Of a stretch of 64,000 bases of DNA, positions 56,713 to 64,000 are shown piece after piece. The translations under genes and the position numbers were made by a program. The first letter of the stretch is position 1. Every line of letters starts with the position of its first letter. Under the pieces are notes generated by a model. It did no database searches. It was not told the origin of the DNA and saw only the letters and a program-made list of their open reading frames with translations. The DNA is from Octopus vulgaris (lineage: Eukaryota): positions 8,866,001 through 8,930,000 of the forward strand of contig OX597822.1 of the NCBI GenBank assembly GCA_951406725.2, given 5' to 3'.

Positions 56713-57222
56713 GTATGTGCATGAGAATGTTTCTATGTATACGAGTATGTTCTTCACTTAAGTCCATCTTGCTTTCTTTTCCACACTAAGAAGTTTAGTG
56801 TTTGTTATGTTAATTACTTCTTGCCTTGTTTTAAAATATAGGAGTGTTGTGCCAAGGTTTGATGTAATTTTTAAAAATTTCCAGAGCGCTAGACTAGAGC
56901 TAATCGGCCTAAATGTCTTGATTCCTCTTTATTTAAATTTGTTTTCGTTTTCTTTCGATGTTGCTTGTTACTTTCGGATCAAGCTTCATCGTGTAGAGCC
57001 TGGTTCACATGCGTTCTACTGATGACCGCGGAGTCTTTTTATACGTGTGTAAGACTATATTATTTGGCGAACAGTTTCCGTGTTATGGGCGATATGAAAT
57101 TTGTGGAAATTTAGCTAATACTTCAATCAGTATGTACGACGGCCATAACTGGTTTTCATGGTTGCTTGTAATAGAAGTAGTGAAATTGAAGAGGAATCTT
57201 TCTTGAGGGGAGAAAGAAAAAC

Positions 57223-57877
57223 CGTGGTGATATCAAAATGTTCCCAGACTAGTCGTGTTTGACAGAAAAAATAACTTATTTACCTAAGTTTTAACACCAT
57301 CGCCTTCAGAATAGTTACCTTGCACAGCAATGTACCTGTCCCAGCATTCCTGTCACCTTAGGGATCTAGCCTGGAGGTCGTTTCCCGTAAATTCCCAGTG
57401 AACCTTTTGCGTTTCGCTCTGGACCTCGACAATAGTGTTAAAATAGTAACCCTTGGAGAAGAGATGGAAGTCCGTATACAGTAAATCTAGTAAATAGAGC
57501 GTGTGTGGAAGCGATATCATTTCGTTTTTGGCGAAAAACTCACGAATAAGGAGAGCTCGATAAGGAATCCAATTCTTCGCACTCCCCAGATCCGGTCGCT
57601 TTCGCCGAATTTCCCCCCTCAAACCGCTTCAAAACATCGCCATAAGACTTTCGATTGACAGCCTGGCCCGGGAGCTGAGGTTGGCTCAAATACTCGATGC
57701 ACAATACTACGGATGTCGTAAAAAGCGATGAGCATCTCCATGATTGAGCTCATCGTCTTTCACTCGAAATATTGCGTACGACCCATTGCCTCCTTGCTGT
57801 AAGCTTGCCGAAGCATGCTCAATGTCATCTGATAGAGCGTTACAGAAATAGTCCGGGAACGTATTGATACCACCTCG
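57223..57877 (-). mobile_element. internally deleted mariner element
   Basis: Imperfect TIRs (CGTGGTGATATCAAAATGTTCCCAGACT / AGTCCGGGAACGTATTGATACCACCTCG-TA); IRRKRPDL, LPHTLYLLDLLYTDFHLF (decayed YSPDLAPxDF) and GNYSEG. Confidence 0.8.
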
Positions 57878-60525
57878 TACAAGGGTAAGATATAGTTGAG
57901 TATACGGCTTGGGACAGACAGAAACTTATGTAAGAGAGAAAGAGAAGGATAAAGAAATGCAGTAACTTTGAATGAAAGAGGGAGAAACAGAGAAAGAGAG
58001 AAAAAATAGATAGAGAGAGATGTGAGTACTAGAATGAATGAATAAAATATAAATGCGTAGAGGGAAAACTAGCTCCTATGGAGGGCTCTTCATTGGGCCT
58101 TGAGCCCAATAATGACGCTTCATGCATTGAGTACATATTAAATGTGATTAAACTTGACCAATATTTCTCAAGCAATGAGCAATTTTCATCAAAGCAATTT
58201 GTCGATTTGTAACTTATTGCAAAGCTTCATGATAAATATTTTTTGTCTTCCATTCGGGTCGGGGATGGGGTGGGGGTGGGGGCAGTCCATTTCTTTCATC
58301 TGTCTAACTTCTTTCTTTCTCTTTCTCTCTCTGTCTTTGTGTTGATTGTTTTTCAACCATCACCAGTACAACTACCATCGCCACCACAACTGCCATACGC
58401 ACACCATTCAGACTTCTTACACCACCAACATCATTTTTGACTTCGCTGCATTCTCCTCCACCGCCATCACCATCGTCGCCTCTGCCTACATCTCAGCTGT
58501 TGATCTGCTACAGTCCTCACCGTCTCTATGCCTAGTATTACTCTCACCACAGCAAGAGGAGTAGAAGTGTCATTGAATAGTGAGAGAAGGTGCCAAAGTG
58601 TGACACACTGACACACGATAATTCGTTTTGGCATTTATTATTATAGAAGAAACAATGTAGATAAAATAAGCTGGAAGGTGTTAATGATGAGAGGAGTTAA
58701 AAGTGAAGACAGTCAGACAAGATTAGAAAAGAGTGAAAATGAACAGAAATGTAGGATATTATAAATATATTAATGTATGACCAAGGCTTTGGATTCTTAT
58801 CCTCATACATTTCTAAGATTTACTTTGTATTAATTGTAAAGGTGATTATATAATTAGAGTCAAGGTAACAGAAATTTTAACAAGACATGTTTACATCAGT
58901 GTACATTTATATAGTCTTGGCTAAAATCTATAAATATATTCTACAGTACATTATAGCGTTAATTCTTGGTTTCAATTTAACAAATACCAGTTAAGATAAC
59001 AGTCTTTTGTTTTCAATAAGATACTTTATGTAAACTGAGTTGTTTATATTTGTCTATAAAAACAATGTTGATTAAATGCTATGAATCAGTATAGAATCAA
59101 TATATGTATTTCATTTTAAGAAATTGCTGTTTAGCTAACATCATTTTATTTTCTGAGAGATATTTTATATAAGACAATGCGTTTAGATCTGTTTGTATAT
59201 ACTGTGTTGATTTAATATAAATATAGTATTATGTAGCGCAGTTGAGAATTAAAACGAAGCACTGTTACTGCAGTAGAAATTCGTTGATTGAACAAGTTGC
59301 CAAACCAGTGTTATCTATGCAAATCAGTGTTTTTAATCTATTTTAGTTTTTAGTAATTGTGGGTCTATAATCAATGTCTCCGTATATAGGTCAAAAGTAT
59401 CCTCGATCACTGATGAAATTCAAAAACAGGATTGAAACCTATCTATTAGTTATATATTTTTCTATAAACGAAAGCGTCCTATATAATGACAAGGCGTTTC
59501 TTTCTGTATATACATAAGTGTAGGTAAACATTTATGATTTTACTACTGTAAAACATTTTCCTTTAAATAAGAAATACTAAAATTATATGTACATAATCTT
59601 ATATTGTTTTCACTTTATACTAATCAACTGACAATATTTGTTGTGGACGGATTTTGACCACTCCACGTGACTAACGCATTTCAATAAAATAAAGAACTCT
59701 CGAGTTGACAGTCAACAAGTGACAGCGGGAAGTTGACAGCGCTGTTCCTTCGTATTAGATAACTGTTAGTTTAATATCGCACCTACGTTTGGCGTAGTAC
59801 AGACTACGTTCTGGGGAACATATGAATTCTGCGAAAGGGAATTCTAGATAACCAATCCAAATGTATGGGCAATACTATTCCTACACCCCTATGGACACCA
59901 CGATGTCTTCATAAGATTATTGGCGAGAGATATTCAAAACCCCCGATGACATACCAATATTCCACCACCAATCAGAGATCATATCTATCCACGTTGATTC
60001 ATACACTTAGCTATTACCACGCACAGTCACGTCAGCTATCAAGTGAACCTCTATATAACCATACGAACAGGTAGCACTAGCTCTTGAATCTCCCCTAAAT
60101 CATTCTACCTGCTTATAAAGCTGAATAGAAAATCACTGACCTTTTAGTTCTTGCATATGAAGTATACAGAAACACTGTGAGATGCAAGAAATGCTTTGAT
60201 CTTGCGATCCAACAATGTGGATTTCAATGCCAGTATGTATGTATGTAAGTATTTATGTTTTATGTATACAAAGAGAGAGAGAAGGAGGAGGAGGAGGAGA
60301 AAAGAGTTGCGTGCGTTTAGGTTCGTGTTAAATTGCAGGGATTTTACAATTATGTCAGTCTACCTTAATATCCATATGAATTTGTGTAGATTTGTCGAAT
60401 AAATTTGGCCAAAAGCTATTGTCATTAATGAATCGTAATATCAGTAAAATTCAGATTTTTACCTGAAGCCGACCTAAGAAGTTACGACTAGGAACTAGAT
60501 CGAAACTTCATCTATACAAGGAAAT

Positions 60526-60614
<89 letters not shown>

Positions 60615-60649
60615 ATATCAGTAGCAGCAGCAGCAGCAGTAGTAGTAGA

Positions 60650-60710
<61 letters not shown>

Positions 60711-60735
60711 GTAATGATGAGGATGATGATGATGA

Positions 60736-61280
60736 TTTCATTCTTTGCCATAAGGATGAAGGATGAAGGGGGACAATGCAGAGACAGATATAAAGTGTGG
60801 GGCTTTTATATATAATAATGAAATGATAAAAAGAAATACACTGAATAAGAAGAGACATATGCGTAGCATTAGAAAGGTAAGAAAAATGGTGTGGAGAGGA
60901 TGATAGAGATGTGGACCTCCTGATACAGGAAGGTCTCTAGGGATAACCGAGGAAACCCATTGTCCGAGATTTCCCTGAAACCCCAGGAGCAAATGCCCTC
61001 TCCAATTCCTTCTGTCCGACTCACAGGTCTACACTTAGCGAGGTACCATCCACTCTTGCCATTTTTGCAATGTTCATAATTTTTGGAATATGAAAACTGT
61101 AACGTGTGTGCCGATAAGAAATGGGTTGTTGGAATGTGGAAGCAAAGATATAAACTAATAGTTGACGAAGACTGAAAGTGAATGTTCTGTAGGGTTTCTA
61201 CGGAAAGTTTGCCACTTAGGGGCACGAAAGATTATCAAGAGGTTTCTACCGACTATAGAAAGAGAGTGGGATACCTAGGG
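60736..61280 (-). mobile_element. possible very decayed L1/Tx1-like 3' end
   Basis: Weak SVET...SCP.VANF zinc-finger-like trace; terminus loosely resembles 37491. Confidence 0.3.
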
Positions 61281-61345
61281 TTACAGGTTGTAACTGGCAA
61301 CTCACAAAAATCCTGCCAGGAATAAGAGACGACGACGACGACGAC

Positions 61346-61376
<31 letters not shown>

Positions 61377-61486
61377 CAACCATCAGCACTACCACTTAAC
61401 CACCACGACGTCTACAATCACCGCTAATACAACCCACTCCTACTACCACCTCCGCAGTTACTATCACTATTCAGTATACTTTCTAA

Positions 61487-61787
61487 TCTTTATATATAAA
61501 AGTGAGATTGTGTGCTGTCTGTCTCCTACGATTTAGATTCCTAACTACTCCCACATTTTGCGGTGCAGTTTAACCAAAATTTTTCCATTTTTAATGCATT
61601 TTTGGCATATATAAGGGAAGTAACTCTCTAAAAATTTATTATTAAATCTCAGAACGTAAAAAGCTACATTAACACACCCCCCTTTGTGGTTAGCCATATT
61701 GAGATGGCTATTATATTTTACATCGCTAAAAATGCTTATATAGTTATTTCCCTTACAAACCCGAGCAACGCCGGGCGATATTGCTAG
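61487..61787 (+). mobile_element. non-autonomous Helitron, internally deleted
   Basis: A|TC...CCCGAGCAACGCCGGG...CTAG|T; same subtype as 3473. Confidence 0.88.
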
Positions 61788-62582
61788 TAAAATATAAACA
61801 TGTGGTTGTCATTGATTACATTTGCGATCTACCACTGCTCTCCTTCAGACTATATTGAGCTCATGCAGTTCCAGTATTTGATGGTGATCGTGATAGTCAT
61901 TGCCATCATTATCTGCAATATCATCGTTATCATCATTATCATTAAAACTATCTTTAACATCACCAACATCATGGCCGTGTATGGTGTTATACTCCTCATA
62001 AATATCGATTCATAATCCTTGCTACCACCATCACCATCATCATCATCGTCGTCGTCGTCGTCATCATCATCATCATCATCATCGCAGCAACCCAGGTATC
62101 AGGTGTGATGTTATCCTCATCATCGCCATATCATCATGGTCGTCGTCGTCATCATCATCATCATCATCATTATTATCAGCCTCATTATCATAACTTTCAT
62201 CTTTTCGTTGAATCTTTTCCAAAATAATTCCTTTGTTTATATTTAGAGGTATCTGATTTCGCATTGATAATTATTTCAACATTTTTTTTTGAATCGTTTC
62301 TTTTAAATCTTTTTTTCTGCATTCTGCAAGTGCAAAGATTTCCAGACGTTCAATAGTTTGTTTTAAAATATTCTATTAGATTAAAACAGGCGCTTTCAAA
62401 ATAATTGATATGGGCTTCCATTTCAAAATATTTCGTTATCAATCTCTCATGACTGTGCTTAATATTACAGCGATGTTCTACATGTATATTAGCATAAGGA
62501 ATATCATACACACACACGCGCACACACACACACGCACACACACATACACACACACACACATATATATATATATCTATGTATA

Positions 62583-62770
62583 TTCTTTAATCCTTTTTTG
62601 TTTCAGTCATTTGACTGCGGCCATGCTGGAGCACCGCTTTTAGTCGAACAAATTGAACCCAGGACTTATGCTATCGGTTTCTTTTGCCGAACCGCTAAGT
62701 TCCGGAGACGTAAGCACAACAACATCGGTTGTCAAGCGATGGTGTGGGAAAAAAATACACACACACACAC

Positions 62771-62818
<48 letters not shown>

Positions 62819-63057
62819 AGAGAGAGAGAGAGAAAGAGAAAGAGAGAAACTAAATAAAAGAAACCTGTCGTATATATATATATATATATATATATACGAC
62901 AGGTTTCTTTCAGTTTATGTCTACCAAACCCACTAATAAGACTTCGATCAGCCCAAAGCTATAGTAGAAAACACGTTCCCAAGGTGCCACGCTGGGAGGC
63001 TGCATCCGGAACCATGTGGTTGTTAAGCAAGCTATTTACTATAAAACCACTCCTGCT
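62583..63057 (-). mobile_element. diverged SINE family A
   Basis: Tail and head motifs present; expanded internal microsatellite. Confidence 0.85.
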
Positions 63058-63564
63058 GCACTAGCTATATGTGTGTGTGTGCATGTGTGTATATATGTAT
63101 TATGTGTGTATGTATGCATGCATGTATGTATGTACAGTATATGTCACAGAACCTCCAAAATCTAGAAGCAATTAAGTATTATTTTAACATAAGATTACCA
63201 ATGAACAAAATGAAGTGATATTAATATATGTAACAATACGGAAAAGAAACCGCCATAACCCACAATCCCTTTAATAAGTTCAACAATACAAGAATGAAAG
63301 GCATCTCACAATAACGATACTCCAAGATATAATGATTCGTAGACATGAATATCAAACCAATAAGCTGTGTGAGGGATGTCGCTATGGTTTCGACACCTTA
63401 GCAATACCATTCAATTTAAAAGTGCCAACAACATTAAAAAGATAAATGCTGTCTGGCAATAAATAGACAAGTAACAGGCACGAAATATTAGCATAATATA
63501 TCCACTACACCTATATTTTATTACAAAACATTCGTTGAATATAAACAATATCCTATTAAACCTA

Positions 63565-64000
63565 CGAGGTTTGCTTGAAAAGTCTATAGGCTTACTATGA
63601 AGAAGAGATGCTATACCTGTGAAATCTTGCATGCATGAATTGTAACTTTTCTTGTTAATAACAGACATTTAACTGTTCAAAGAAGACTTCAAAAGCAACT
63701 GGTGTCGATCTCTTTTGAAAATGGAAAATTTTTCGTATTGTGATGCAGAAAAAGGGTCCAACCGTCAAGGATATTCTGGCTACATTAAGAGATGACGCCA
63801 CAGCTTTATCAACAGCGTGAATTGGGTAGCTGAATTTAGAATGGTAAGGGAGAATGTTGAAGGTGACCCAAGAACTGGACGTCCTGCAACTCCCACCACC
63901 GAGGGGAACATTCATCATTTTCACCACATAGTGATGGGTGACAGGTAACTGACTATGGTTCAAATACGCAAAGCTATTAGCATATCCTGTGAGGGAGTTG
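63565..64000 (+). mobile_element. 5' part of a decayed mariner element, running off the window
   Basis: TA|CGAGG terminus; ATG at 63721; WVAEFR..RENVEGDPRTGRP HTH-linker motif; stops and frameshifts. Confidence 0.8.

Noticed and set aside
59410-60512. Degenerate hammerhead-like strings at 59410 (CTGATGA-AATTC..GGATT-GAAA-CCTA-TC) and 60463 (CTGAAG..GATC-GAAAC)
   Set aside because: No stem I pairing or a broken core; they could be fossils but cannot be supported.

Overview
AT-rich, microsatellite-saturated eukaryotic DNA with no convincing host protein-coding exon, so probably intergenic or a large intron. The repeat types (several tRNA-headed SINE families, abundant TA/CA/TAA/GATA tracts) suggest a coleoid cephalopod such as octopus; this is inference. 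Most ORFs in the track are microsatellite artefacts. The window contains about 25 SINE copies from four modular families, five non-autonomous Helitrons, three R4/Dong-type LINE remnants (one sitting in its (TAA)n target), Tx1/L1-like ORF1 and ORF2 remnants, three Tc1/mariner relics, a MITE and several long palindromes. The most striking signal is a set of type I hammerhead ribozyme (HHR) motifs. One pair lies in a 363-bp tandem, rod-folding retrozyme/Penelope-like unit (14802-15676). Five motifs at four unrelated loci carry the same compensatory U3-A8 core (UUGANAA) instead of the canonical C3-G8 (CUGANGA). One of these lies downstream of a fixed-spacing CCAAT+CRE array and a TATA box. All calls were made by eye, and element boundaries are approximate unless termini are quoted.
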